Below, one piece after another: positions 8,000-18,315 of a stretch of 64,000 nt of DNA (its first letter is position 1; each line of letters starts with the position of its first letter). The notes beneath the pieces were generated by a model. That model was not told the DNA's origin. It did not search any database and saw only the letters and a program-made list of their open reading frames with translations. This stretch comes from an uncultured delta proteobacterium (GTDB taxonomy: Bacteria > Desulfobacterota > Syntrophorhabdia > Syntrophorhabdales > WCHB1-27): assembly GCA_963825005.1 (NCBI GenBank), contig CAWGRP010000007.1:104045-168044 (forward strand). Direction: 5' to 3'. A program made the translations under genes and the position numbers.

Positions 8000-9767
8000 C
8001 TAAGATGACGAGGTGAGCGCGGTTTTGATCTCTTCGGCGATCTTTCTGTTGAAGCCGGGCAACCGGGCAATTGTTTCCGCATCTGCCTGCCGCATCGCGT
8101 CCAGCGAGGGGAACTCCTTGAGCAGGAGCATCATCCTTTTCTTGCCCACGCCCTTGATGCCCGGGAGCACAGAGGAGAGGTCCTCCCTTCGCTTCCATTT
8201 CTTGTGAGAGCCGATGGCGAAGCGATGGGCTTCATCGCGCATCTTGACGATCTCTTTAAAAACGGGTGACGATTTCGGCAGGAGTAACGGGTTCTTCCGG
8301 AAAGGGAGGTAGAGCACATCTTCCATTCTTTTCCTGCCCTGTCCTTTCGCAATCCCGATGAGATCCGGGCTTACGCCGAGTCCCTTGAAGACGCTGATCG
8401 CAGCCGATAGCTGCCCTTTGCCGCCGTCGAGGATTACAAGGTCGGGTAAAGGACGTATCTTCTCATCCTTCATCCTTCGCGTAAGGACCTCACTCATCAT
8501 TGCTACGTCATCTTCGGGTTGAGCCTCCCGGATATGAAACACCCTGTACGCGTCCTTACGCGCCTTGAACTCCTCAAAGACCACCATGATACCTGAAGGG
8601 TTCGTACCGCCCGTGTGTGAGACATCGTAGACTTCAATCCGCATTCGGCGCCTTATTCAAATGAAGGGTCCTCTTGAAAGCCTCGTCTGTCTTGAGCGGC
8701 TCCACTTCGTGGAGGTTCTCCACGGCCAGCCTGATCATGTCCCCTGCGCCGCGAGACTCGGGCCCGAGCACACGCAGACCGCGCCTCTTCTCTCTCAAGT
8801 GCTGTTCCAAAAGCGGTAGATCTTCGAGCGCTTCGGAGACGATTATCTCATCAGGAATCTGACGGCTCGTGTAGTACTGAAAAACAAACGATGAGAACGC
8901 CTCGTCCGGATTAAGAGAAAAAGGCTCGTGGAACGTTCTCTTTGAAATCAACACGCCCCTGCGAAAGCTGAGAAGCACAATTCTGAGCCTGCGCTCCTCC
9001 CTGAGCACAGCCCAGACATCCCTGTCTTTGCCCAGGTGTTCGTGGACATGCTGTTTCTCGACGAGCCTCTTGAGCATATGGTAGCGCTCCCTTTTCTCCT
9101 GCGCCTTCTCGAAATCCCATTCCTTCGCTGCTTTATCGATCTGCTCTTCGAGACTCTTCAGAAGCTTCTCATCCCTTCCGGAAAGGAAGTCGGTCAGTTC
9201 TTCCACTATTGTCCGGTAGGAGGCTTCGTCGATGTGGCCCACACACGGAGCCGTACACTTTCTGATGTCGTACAGCATGCACGGCCTGGTCCTGCCCTTG
9301 AAGACCGCATCCTTGCACCGCCGAACCGGGTACAACGACTGCACTATCTTCAGAAAGTCCCTGACATCGCGGGCATGCGGATGCGGCCCGAAATAGAGAG
9401 CTCCATCGTCTTTTATATTCCTCGTGGCGGATAGCATGGGAAACTTTTCTTTGACGCTCAACCTCAAGGAGATGTAGGTCTTGTCATCCTTCAGGACCGC
9501 GTTGTATTTCGGCTGATGTTCTTTTATCAGATTGTTTTCGAGAAGAAAGGCCTCCTTCTCATTGCCGGTAAGCACGAACGAGACATTATCAATCAGCGAC
9601 AGGAGGCGCTCCAGGCGCCTCTCTTTAGCCCCTTCGGCGAAATAGCTGCCCACCCGGTCACGGATATTTTTCGCCTTGCCGACATAAATAATCTGGTTGC
9701 TCTTGTCGCGAAAAAGATAGACGCCGGGGCTTTCCGGCAGGTTCACCAATGTCTCGTCAGCGATCAC
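8000..9767 (-). pseudogene. uvrC: excinuclease ABC subunit C, split by a frameshift into 8634..9767 (N-terminal part) and 8000..8644 (C-terminal part)
   Basis: The N-terminal ORF has GIY-YIG (PGVYLF...IYVGKAKN) and the Cys-rich/UVR region. The C-terminal ORF starts MRIEVYDVSHTGG (the conserved RIExFDxSH block) and ends with HhH motifs. Deleting one base near 8642 joins them as ...LNKAPNRIEVYDVSH. Confidence 0.85.
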
Positions 9768-11755
9768 TAGAGGGTGATCTCCATCTTTTCAAGTTTCAGG
9801 AGTCTGTCCCGCAGCTGCGCCGCCCTTTCAAAATCCCACTTCTTCGCAGCATCATCGATCTCTCGCTTCAGTTTCTTCATAACTTTGGTGAGCTTCTTGG
9901 GTTGGATGCCCTGCTCATCGAACTCGTCCAGCGGTATCGTGTAATAATCCTTCTCATAGATCGACGCAAGCACGTCAATGATCTCTTTCTTGATCCCTTC
10001 AGGCGTAATGCCGTGCGCTTCATTATACTCGGTCTGGACTTTCCTTCTTCGCTCCGTCTCTTCGATCGTCCTTCGCATCGATTCGGTCATGTTGTCGGCA
10101 AACATCACCACCCTGCCGTTAAGGTTACGCGCTGCCCTTCCGCACGTCTGGATCAGTGATGTCTTGGAGCGCAGAAATCCTTCCTTGTCGGCATCGAGTA
10201 TTGCAATAAGCGATACTTCGGGCAGGTCGAGCCCTTCCCTCAGCAGGTTTACTCCGACGAGAACATCAAAGTTTCCGAGTCGCAGATCACGGATGATAGC
10301 TACGCGCTCCAGTGTGTCGATCTCGGAATGAAGATACTTTGTCTTGACGCCCGCATTGAGCAGAAAATCGGTGAGGTCTTCCGAAAACCGTTTCGTCAGC
10401 GTTGTCACGAGAACGCGCTCTTTCTTCGCTGTCACGATTTTGATCTCTTCCAGCAGGCTGTCTATCTGATTCTTTGAGGGTCTCACCTCGATCTGCGGAT
10501 CGATCAGGCCTGTCGGCCGCACTATCTGTTCAACAATATGGCTCCCCGCCTTTCCGAGCTCATAGACGGCCGGCGTGGCAGAGATGTAGACAATCTGATG
10601 CACCCGCTCTTTGAATTCCTCGAACGTGAGCGGCCTGTTGTCGATAGCCGAAGGAAGTCTGAAGCCGTACTCGACGAGCGTCTCTTTACGCGACCGGTCG
10701 CCCTTGTACATGCCCATGAGCTGCGGTATGGTAACGTGGCTCTCGTCGATCAGCACCAGCGCATTCTTGGGGAGGTAATCGAGGAGCGTGGGCGGGGGCT
10801 CACCCGGCTTTCTTCCCGTAAGGTGCCGCGAGTAGTTCTCGATGCCCTGGCAATAGCCTATCTCGCTGAGCATCTCCAGGTCGTACTTGGTCCTTGCCTC
10901 CAGCCTCTGCGCCTCTAGCAGCTTGTTCGCGCCGCGCAGCTCTTTTAACCTGTCGGCGAGTTCTGCACGGATGCTGGTTATCGCGGTCTCCACTTTTTCC
11001 TTCGGCGTCACATAATGCGTTGCCGGGTAAATGGTAACCCGGTTGAGCTTCTCACGGCTCTTCCCGCTCAAAGGGTCGATCACATAGATGCCCGATATCC
11101 TGTCACGATCAAGCACGATCCTGTATGCCTTATCCTCCTCGTATGCAGGGTAGACGTCAACCGTCTCGCCGCGGACCCTGAACCTGCCCCGGTAAAAATC
11201 GGTCTCATTCCTCTCGTATTGACACTGAATGAGCTTGTCAAAGAGCGCTCTCCTGTCGACCTCGTCGCCCTCTTCGAGATAGATCAGCATGCCGTAGTAA
11301 GCCTCCGGGGAGCCGAGGCCGTAGATGCAGGAGACACTGGCAACGATGAGCACATCCTCTCTCTCAAAAAGCGCGTTTGTCGCAGACAGACGAAGCTTGT
11401 CGATCTCTTCGTTGATGGAGGAATCTTTCTCGATATACGTATCCGTGGGCGGGACATACGCCTCCGGCTGGTAATAATCGTAGTAGCTGACGAAGAAGTG
11501 GATCGCATTCTCGGGAAAGAGAGTCTTGAACTCCGCATAGAGCTGAGCCGCCAGCGTCTTGTTATGCGATATGACGAGCGTGGGCCGCTGCACGCGTTCG
11601 ACCACGTTCGCCACGGTAAAGGTCTTTCCCGAACCGGTGACGCCGAGCAGCACCTGGTGCTGTAGTCCCTTCTCGACACCTTCCGATAGTTTTTCTATGG
11701 CCTGGGGCTGATCGCCTGCCGGCCTATATTCATTAACCAGCTTGAATTTATTCAT
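9767..11755 (-). CDS. uvrB: excinuclease ABC subunit B
   Basis: 662 aa; GVTGSGKT Walker A, helicase motifs, C-terminal UVR domain. Its stop shares one base with the GTG of uvrC (TAGTG). Confidence 0.97.
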   Translation of the reverse strand: MNKFKLVNEYRPAGDQPQAIEKLSEGVEKGLQHQVLLGVTGSGKTFTVANVVERVQRPTLVISHNKTLAAQLYAEFKTLFPENAIHFFVSYYDYYQPEAYVPPTDTYIEKDSSINEEIDKLRLSATNALFEREDVLIVASVSCIYGLGSPEAYYGMLIYLEEGDEVDRRALFDKLIQCQYERNETDFYRGRFRVRGETVDVYPAYEEDKAYRIVLDRDRISGIYVIDPLSGKSREKLNRVTIYPATHYVTPKEKVETAITSIRAELADRLKELRGANKLLEAQRLEARTKYDLEMLSEIGYCQGIENYSRHLTGRKPGEPPPTLLDYLPKNALVLIDESHVTIPQLMGMYKGDRSRKETLVEYGFRLPSAIDNRPLTFEEFKERVHQIVYISATPAVYELGKAGSHIVEQIVRPTGLIDPQIEVRPSKNQIDSLLEEIKIVTAKKERVLVTTLTKRFSEDLTDFLLNAGVKTKYLHSEIDTLERVAIIRDLRLGNFDVLVGVNLLREGLDLPEVSLIAILDADKEGFLRSKTSLIQTCGRAARNLNGRVVMFADNMTESMRRTIEETERRRKVQTEYNEAHGITPEGIKKEIIDVLASIYEKDYYTIPLDEFDEQGIQPKKLTKVMKKLKREIDDAAKKWDFERAAQLRDRLLKLEKMEITL

Positions 11756-11897
11756 GATTCGATAGTTTAATCTCTACAGGACGGGAAGTCAAAGGGGGTC
11801 ACGGCTGCATCGCGCTCGCCACCATGCGCGCAAATGAGGCTGTGATGGTGCTTTCAGCTCAAGCGGGCGGATAACCAAACTGCTCGATCGAATCTTA

Positions 11898-12042
11898 TGC
11901 TAATTTGCAGTCAAGATGGACGACCCAGCCTTCGGCCGGGTACCCCGGGCGGCAGCGAGGAGCTTGCCGGAGGCGTACTATAGTACGTCGAGGAAAAGCG
12001 ACGCAGCGACAACGAAGGTATCCGCTTGAATGCGAATTAGCA
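11898..12042 (+). mobile_element. family-A MITE-like element, copy A3 (long subtype)
   Basis: TIRs TGCTAATTTGCAGTCAAG / CTTGAATGCGAATTAGCA, flanked by TTA 11895-11897 and TTA 12043-12045. Central palindrome GTACTATAGTAC. Confidence 0.8.
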
Positions 12043-12588
12043 TTAGAACCAGTAAGCCGGGTATCGCCTCTTTCCGGAAAGGTTATTGGTAATGAGCCCA
12101 ACCGCAAGGAGGATGGCTACGCCCAGTGCGACAGGCACCAGCACGTACAGGAAGCCCAGATCATGCACGGCCTTACCCCCGATCACGGCGGTCATGGCGC
12201 TGGCGCCGCCCGGAGGGTGTACGGTCCTGGTGAGAAGCATTGCCATCACTGAAAGCGAGACTGCGATCGTAGCAGTCAGCCAGATATCAATACCGAGCAC
12301 TCTATGGCAGGCTGCTCCAATAAACGCCGATATGACGTGGCCGCCCATCACGTTCCTCGGCTGGGAAAAAGGACTTGCCACCACGCCGTAAACCAGCACT
12401 GCAGAAGCGCCGAGAGAGCCCAGCATCAAGCTGAGCGACCGCGGTTCCAGGTAGCATGCGGAAACCAACCCGCACATGCCGGTCCCGACCAAGGCACCGA
12501 GACCCGACCAGAGAATCTCTCTGAGGGGAACCCTGGGTGGGCCCTCGGCGCCGCCTTTCATTTTTGAGAGATATTCCTTGAAATTCAC
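12043..12588 (-). CDS. HPP family membrane protein
   Basis: 181 aa, multi-TM, with the diagnostic HPPGGA motif. GTG start overlaps the upstream CBS stop (GTGA). Confidence 0.85.
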   Translation of the reverse strand: MNFKEYLSKMKGGAEGPPRVPLREILWSGLGALVGTGMCGLVSACYLEPRSLSLMLGSLGASAVLVYGVVASPFSQPRNVMGGHVISAFIGAACHRVLGIDIWLTATIAVSLSVMAMLLTRTVHPPGGASAMTAVIGGKAVHDLGFLYVLVPVALGVAILLAVGLITNNLSGKRRYPAYWF

Positions 12589-13161
12589 AGCCTTGTCATC
12601 ACCTTCACAACATCCGCGCGGGTGATAATCCCTGCGAGTCTGTTTTTCTCGTCAACCACCGGAATCCTTTTTATGCGCTTCTTCTCCAGAAGTTCAGCGG
12701 CTTCCAGCACATCCTGATCCAACCTTATAGTCAGCGCAGGAGATGACATGAAGTCCCTGACAGCTCCCTTCTTTCGGACGCTTGAGGCAGGGGTCTCCCA
12801 TGATGTGCCGTATCAAGTCTTTAAAACCATGGTCCCTCTCAACGCCTACCATGCAGAGCACATCCGCTTCCGTGACAACACCGATGACTTCATTCCTGTC
12901 ATCGACAACAGGAAGGCCCCCTACACCCTTCTCCGAAAGAAGCCTCGCCGCCTCACGTATATCCGCATCCGGGTGCACCGACACAACATCTTTCGTCATC
13001 ACTTCAGCGATGGGGATCTGTTTGGAACGCCTCTCCTGCGCGTACCCGAGAGCTAGTTCGTATATCTTCAAGAGGTCCTCTTCCGTGACATCGATATAGG
13101 TCGCCAGTTCCCTGCGCGCTTTTCTCAGGTCATCAACAATAATCACACACTCGTTGTCCAT
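12585..13161 (-). pseudogene. CBS-domain pair protein with an internal frameshift
   Basis: The first CBS domain is in the frame of ORF 12694..13161. The second (VRDFMSSPALTIRLDQDVLEAAELLEKKRIKRIPVVDEKNRLAGIITRADVVKVMTRL*) is readable only in another frame, from ~12762 down to TGA 12585-12587. Confidence 0.8.
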
Positions 13162-13300
13162 AACATTCTCCGGAGGCTTATACGCTACTACCCTGGTGCC
13201 AATTGCGAACAGTCGCGCCCAAGTACCAGCCGCACCGTCAACGTAACCAGGAGCTCGGCCGGCACATTCACTATGCTATAGTGTAATCGAGGAACGGACG

Positions 13301-14114
13301 GTGGGCAATGAAATTCTTCTCATCCATCTTGGAGGGCTCGGGGATGTCTGTCTGTCGGAATCGGCCTTTCATTCTCTTAACGCACATTTCAAAGGCGGAA
13401 TGCATGCGGTCGGGTATACGAGGTTCCTCGGTCTCTTTGAACACTATTTCGAGCACGTCCTGTCGGTCGAGGAACGTAGCTGGCTCTGGCTTTTTTCCGA
13501 TCTTCCCTGTGACAAACGCTGGGCGCAGGCTGTGATGATTGGAAAGGACAAAGACGGCGAAATGAGAAGACGGCTGGGCAACGTCTGCTCCGGACCCGTC
13601 TTGTTTATCGACATGTACCCGGAGCAAGAGCGGCGCCATGTGGAAGAGTACCAACTCGCGCAACTTCAAAAACATGGCGTGACGCCACTCAAAACGGAAA
13701 TCGAAGAACAGAACGGCCAAAGGATCATTCTCTATCCCGAAACGGGTCATGAAGAAAAGAAAATGGCCCTATGATCATTTCATCACGCTATATCATCGAT
13801 TGAACGATGAGGGAATTGATGTCGTTCTTCTGGAAGCGCCCGACCATGAAACCTCGGTGGCTGATGCTCGAACGTTCGACGATTTGAAGGAGACTGCGAG
13901 CTTCCTGAGCAAAGGAGGAATCTTCTTCTCCAACGACTCTGGTGTGGCGCATCTCGCTGCAGCCTGCGGACTGGCAACCATCACGCTCTTCTGGGATCAT
14001 GATCCGGTGATCTGGCATCCACGCGGACGCAACACAGCGATTGAATGCAGCGCTCGCTCACCGGGCGTTGAAGAGATGCTATCGCTTATTCTGAAAAAGA
14101 GAGAGCCCGGGTAG
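13301..14114 (+). pseudogene. glycosyltransferase family 9 (heptosyltransferase-like), frameshifted
   Basis: N-terminal ILLIHLGGLGDV and C-terminal SNDSGVAHLAAACG are GT9 hallmarks. They lie in two overlapping ORFs (13301..13774 and 13749..14114) that join as ...ILYPETG-MKKRKWPYDHF if one base near 13748 is removed. Confidence 0.75.
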
Positions 14115-14446
14115 ACAACAAGTGCCAGTACTGGGCCGGGAGCACCGTTTCTCCGCTCTCTAGGCGCTCCAGGTCTGACCCGCCGGACGTTCCGGCGAGT
14201 TCGATGCTTTTTGACTGCGAACCGCGCGAGTATTGCAGGTCATCTTGGCAGCTCGCAAACCAGTATTGTTCAGAACTGCGAGGCCTCGGAGTCGGACGCA
14301 TCGTGCCGCACCACCAGATGTGCGGCACCACTCGCCTGCACTTGCGGGTCCCCAGCCCCTCCGCGATGTTCGCTCCGAAAAGGTGCGCCCGGCCCACAAT
14401 TGGTCAATTCGAGTGGTTTATCGAATACGCAGGTTCTGGTCTTACT

Positions 14447-15622
14447 TCACATCACCGTCACGTTTACTTCGTGTACTCCCTTCGCCCCCGACGGGAATGA
14501 TCCCGTGACCTTGCCCAGGAGTGAACCAGATTCCTGCGCCTTGCCGGATCTGTCAATGCCTCGCACCTGTATCGTGTACTGGCCCGCGCGTGACGGCTTC
14601 CAATCATATTCCCACAGAGACCATGCCCACTTCGAAAGCGGCGCTTTCACTGCGGCTTCAGCCCATGTCCTGCCTCCATCGACAGAGACTTGCACCCTGC
14701 TCACCCCGTACCGGCCGCCAAAAGCAACCCCGCCGACCATATAGTTTCCGGCAGGAATCGACTTGCCGCTCATGGGCATCAGGATCTGCGACTTCAGAGG
14801 AATAATAGCTTCGTCCGACCAGCCTTTCTTTTCCCAAAAGCCTTTGAAATTATAGTTGACCAGTTCGATCTTGGAGAGCCATTTGACGTTCTTCATCCCG
14901 TAAATGCCTGGTACGATGGCCCTCAGGGGATAGCCGTGCTCCCGTGGCAACGGCTCACCGTTCATCTTGAAAGCAAGAAACACGTCTTCGGACTCTGCCA
15001 GATTGTAGGGAATACTATCGCTATAGCCGTCCTCTGCGAAGAACGCCGCTTTGGCGATGGACCCCTTCGGTTGCGCCCTGTCGAGAATTTTTTTCAGCGT
15101 CACCCCTTCCCATTGGGCATTTCCAATCGAGTCGCCACCCACAGGATTGCCGATGCACTGGAGGGTCACAAACTCCGTTGTGTCCTTCATGGCCTCCAGT
15201 TCCTTCATGGTGAGCACATAGGGCTTCTCTACAAGGCCCTCGATGCGCAATCTCTGAGCGTCATAATTGACGGCCGGTACCTTGTCCGAATAGGTCGTAA
15301 TATAGAATTCCCTGTTGGGTGTGATCTCCTTTGCCCGGAATCCCATGAAATCGACCGTCCCGATCATCAGCAGCTTATGGTCATCGTCTTCCTTCTTGTC
15401 CGCGCCCACGGCGATTTGAAAGATGGAATCGAAGATGGAGACGCCAAAGCCGAAGCCCAGAGTGCCGAGACCCATCAGCTTAAAAAAGCCTCGACGCCCG
15501 ATCGTACTTCTGATCTGCCGCTCCTTTTCCCGATCCTTTGCGCTGAGCCGTTTTTGTGCGCGTGAATTCTCCGGCTCTTGTTCGCCCATGCGGCAGACTA
15601 TGTTCTGATCTTCCGTTTTCAT
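14447..15622 (-). CDS. sulfite oxidase-like molybdopterin oxidoreductase, Tat-exported
   Basis: Twin-arginine signal GRRGFFKLMGLGTLGFG, YPLRAIVPGIYGMKNVKWLSKIELV Mo-cofactor region, C-terminal Ig-like domain. ATG 15622 is preceded by GGAGGAGGTG. Confidence 0.85.
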   Translation of the reverse strand: MKTEDQNIVCRMGEQEPENSRAQKRLSAKDREKERQIRSTIGRRGFFKLMGLGTLGFGFGVSIFDSIFQIAVGADKKEDDDHKLLMIGTVDFMGFRAKEITPNREFYITTYSDKVPAVNYDAQRLRIEGLVEKPYVLTMKELEAMKDTTEFVTLQCIGNPVGGDSIGNAQWEGVTLKKILDRAQPKGSIAKAAFFAEDGYSDSIPYNLAESEDVFLAFKMNGEPLPREHGYPLRAIVPGIYGMKNVKWLSKIELVNYNFKGFWEKKGWSDEAIIPLKSQILMPMSGKSIPAGNYMVGGVAFGGRYGVSRVQVSVDGGRTWAEAAVKAPLSKWAWSLWEYDWKPSRAGQYTIQVRGIDRSGKAQESGSLLGKVTGSFPSGAKGVHEVNVTVM

Positions 15623-15828
15623 CGTGTCACCTCCTCCGTCAACTTCGGCTTGTCGGTCAACATCTATTCCGGTTGCGATCGCGCAAGCCGGATTAGCGTG
15701 GAACTCTTTTTTAATATGTCGCTCATCGTTGTCTCTGTCAATGGCGCACCCTTTGCGCACCTTCTGCCCGGCGACATCCTTGACTATGGCTGAATGCGAC
15801 CTTACATGATGTAAAGAAGGGGAACGTT

Positions 15829-17292
15829 ATGACAACCTACGATTTTGATATAGGCATTCTGGGCGGAGGCACGGCAGGATTGACAGTCGCGGCAGGCGCG
15901 GCGCAGGCAGGCGCGAAAGCACTCCTCGTAGAAAAAGAGGGTAGGCTCGGAGGCGACTGTCTCTACTACGGTTGCGTTCCAAGCAAGACTCTGATCAGGA
16001 CGGCGCAGGTCTACCACCTGATGAGGAACGCGCGGGAGTTTGGCCTTCCGGAGGTCGCACTCCAGACTCCTGATTATAGAGAGGTTGCCAGGCGGATAGA
16101 GTCAGTAATAAGCACTATTCAGCATCACGATTCCGAAGAGAGGTTTTGCAATCTTGGCGTAAAGGTGATGTACGGGCAGCCTTTCTTCGTTGATGAGCAC
16201 TCGATCAATCTTGACGGCAAGGGGTACTCCGCGAAGCATTGGGTGATAGCAACGGGTTCCTCTCCTGCGATACCGCCTGTTGAAGGCCTCAAAGAGACGC
16301 CTTACATAACCAACAAGGAAATATTTTCCCTGGGAAGACTCCCTGCCTCAATGATCATCATCGGAGGAGGACCGATAGGGATTGAGTTCGCCCATGCGTT
16401 CACGAGGCTCGGCACGAAAGTAACCGTTGTTGAATTTCTCGGTCAGATCCTCAATGCCGATGACAGAGACTTGACCGGCATCATCATGGACATCCTCAAA
16501 AAGGAAGGCGTAGACTTTTACCTCGAATCCGCCGTAAAAAGCACCAGAGTCGTTGGAAGCGAAATAGAGGTCGTCTTCCAGAAAGGCGGCGAGACACAAT
16601 CTGTCCGCGGGGAGACGCTGCTTGTGGCTACGGGCAGAAAGGTGAATCTGGAAGGGCTGGGCCTTGAGAATATCGGCGTTGCATTCGACAGGAAAGGCCT
16701 CAAGCTCGACGAGAAACTACGCACAACGCAGAAACATATCTTCGGTGCCGGCGATGTGACCGGTACCTACCAGTTTACGCATGCAGCAGGCTACGAGGGC
16801 GGTATCGCGCTGAGCAATGCTATTTTTCATTTCCCCCGAAAAGCTGATTATACCTATCTGCCGTGGGTCACCTACACAGACCCGGAGCTTGCCAGTATCG
16901 GCATGAATGAAAAGAGTGCGAAGGCCAAGGGCATCAACTATTCGGTCTGGTCGGACGAGTTTAAGAATAATGACCGGAGCCTCGCTGAAGGGGAACGGAT
17001 CGGAAAAATAAAGATGCTACTCGACGAAAAAGAGAAACCTATCGGTATCCAGATTCTCGGGCCACAGGCCGGGGACTTGCTGAGTGAATGGGTGGCGGTG
17101 ATGAACGGCAACGTGAAACTATCGACCCTGGCCTCCGCCGTACATCCCTATCCGACCCTGGGTGAGATAAACAAACGTGTGGCCGGGAATTTTTTCGCCA
17201 CAAAAATCTTTTCGGAGACGGTGAAGAAAACCCTCAAATTCTTCTTCAGCCTCAAAGGGAGAGCCTGCGGCGAAGAGGCTGCTTCGCCTTAG
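15829..17292 (+). CDS. class I FAD-dependent pyridine nucleotide-disulfide oxidoreductase (Lpd/MerA-like)
   Basis: GILGGGTAG dinucleotide fold, redox-active GGDCLYYGCVPSK, second GGGPIG fold, C-terminal dimerisation domain HPYPTLGE. Confidence 0.9.
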   Translation: MTTYDFDIGILGGGTAGLTVAAGAAQAGAKALLVEKEGRLGGDCLYYGCVPSKTLIRTAQVYHLMRNAREFGLPEVALQTPDYREVARRIESVISTIQHHDSEERFCNLGVKVMYGQPFFVDEHSINLDGKGYSAKHWVIATGSSPAIPPVEGLKETPYITNKEIFSLGRLPASMIIIGGGPIGIEFAHAFTRLGTKVTVVEFLGQILNADDRDLTGIIMDILKKEGVDFYLESAVKSTRVVGSEIEVVFQKGGETQSVRGETLLVATGRKVNLEGLGLENIGVAFDRKGLKLDEKLRTTQKHIFGAGDVTGTYQFTHAAGYEGGIALSNAIFHFPRKADYTYLPWVTYTDPELASIGMNEKSAKAKGINYSVWSDEFKNNDRSLAEGERIGKIKMLLDEKEKPIGIQILGPQAGDLLSEWVAVMNGNVKLSTLASAVHPYPTLGEINKRVAGNFFATKIFSETVKKTLKFFFSLKGRACGEEAASP

Positions 17293-17296
17293 AATG

Positions 17297-18214
17297 CTAC
17301 CGCTTGCTGCCGTGCCTGATGAAGGTACCGTTGCGGTACTCATTGAACGCGATCTCCAGCTCTTCGCGGGTGTTCATCACGATGGGCCCGTACCAGGCGA
17401 CCGGCTCCCCAATGGGTTTACCCGATACCAGTAGAAAGCGCACGCTGTCGGATTCGGTTGCGACGGCTATCCGATCCCCGTCGTCGAAAACAACAAGGCT
17501 GTCGTTGTCGATGAAGGGATTCGTCTCCATGTCAAAATAATTCGCCCCTTCCAGCTCGTGGGTGAATGGATCCTTCTCCTCGCAGAAGTAGCCTTTGCCC
17601 TCAATGACGTAAGCGAATGCGGTGTGGCCGCGCCTGATCGGATGGACAAAGTTCGAATGGGCCTGCATGGACACATCAAGGTACTCGGGGTCGGTGACGA
17701 TATCTCTTACAGGCCCTTTCACGCCTTTGATTTCGCCGCAGATGACTCTGACGTTCACGCCGTCGGCCGCCGAAACCTCCGGTATCTGATCCCTGGTTAA
17801 CCCTCTATAACGCGGCGCCATCATCTTGTGCGATGCGGGCAGATTGGCCCATAGCTGAAAGCCGCCCATATGCCCCAGGTCATTCCCCTTGGGCATTTCC
17901 TGATGGATGATGCCGCTACCCGCGGTCATCCACTGGACGTCACCGACGCCGATGACGCCTTCGTTGCCCATGCTGTCACCATGTTCGACCCGGCCTTCGA
18001 GAACGTAAGTGATGGTTTCAATGCCGCGATGAGGATGCCACGGGAAACCCTCCAGGTAAAGGCGCGGATCGTGCGAGCGAAAATCGTCAAGCAACAGAAA
18101 AGGATCGAACTCAGGAACTTCACTCGAACCGAATGCGCGCCTCAGGTGCACTCCCGCGCCCTCGATGGTGGGCTTGCTCCTGATGACCTTACGGATCTTT
18201 CTATTATTTGCCAT
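17297..18214 (-). CDS. pirin family protein
   Basis: 305 aa; FLLLDDF...GFPWHPHRGIETITYVLEG...H cupin metal site typical of pirins. Confidence 0.9.
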   Translation of the reverse strand: MANNRKIRKVIRSKPTIEGAGVHLRRAFGSSEVPEFDPFLLLDDFRSHDPRLYLEGFPWHPHRGIETITYVLEGRVEHGDSMGNEGVIGVGDVQWMTAGSGIIHQEMPKGNDLGHMGGFQLWANLPASHKMMAPRYRGLTRDQIPEVSAADGVNVRVICGEIKGVKGPVRDIVTDPEYLDVSMQAHSNFVHPIRRGHTAFAYVIEGKGYFCEEKDPFTHELEGANYFDMETNPFIDNDSLVVFDDGDRIAVATESDSVRFLLVSGKPIGEPVAWYGPIVMNTREELEIAFNEYRNGTFIRHGSKR

Positions 18215-18315
18215 AATTGCACCCCCGTATGGTAAACCTAGGCTCCGCGGAAAAGCCTGTCAAGGAGTGGTGGAAGGCGCAAAAGGAAAAAGGTTCACAT
18301 CATTGGCGGCCCGGG

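Noticed and set aside
14115-14446. A housekeeping ncRNA (SRP RNA, RNase P RNA, tmRNA or 6S) in the long convergent spacer.
   Set aside because: None of the conserved blocks I know were found on either strand: GGAAGCAGC in the SRP domain IV region, GGAAAGUCCGG in RNase P, or a tmRNA tag reading frame with a CCA-proximal acceptor. The region is kept only as an unexplained spacer.
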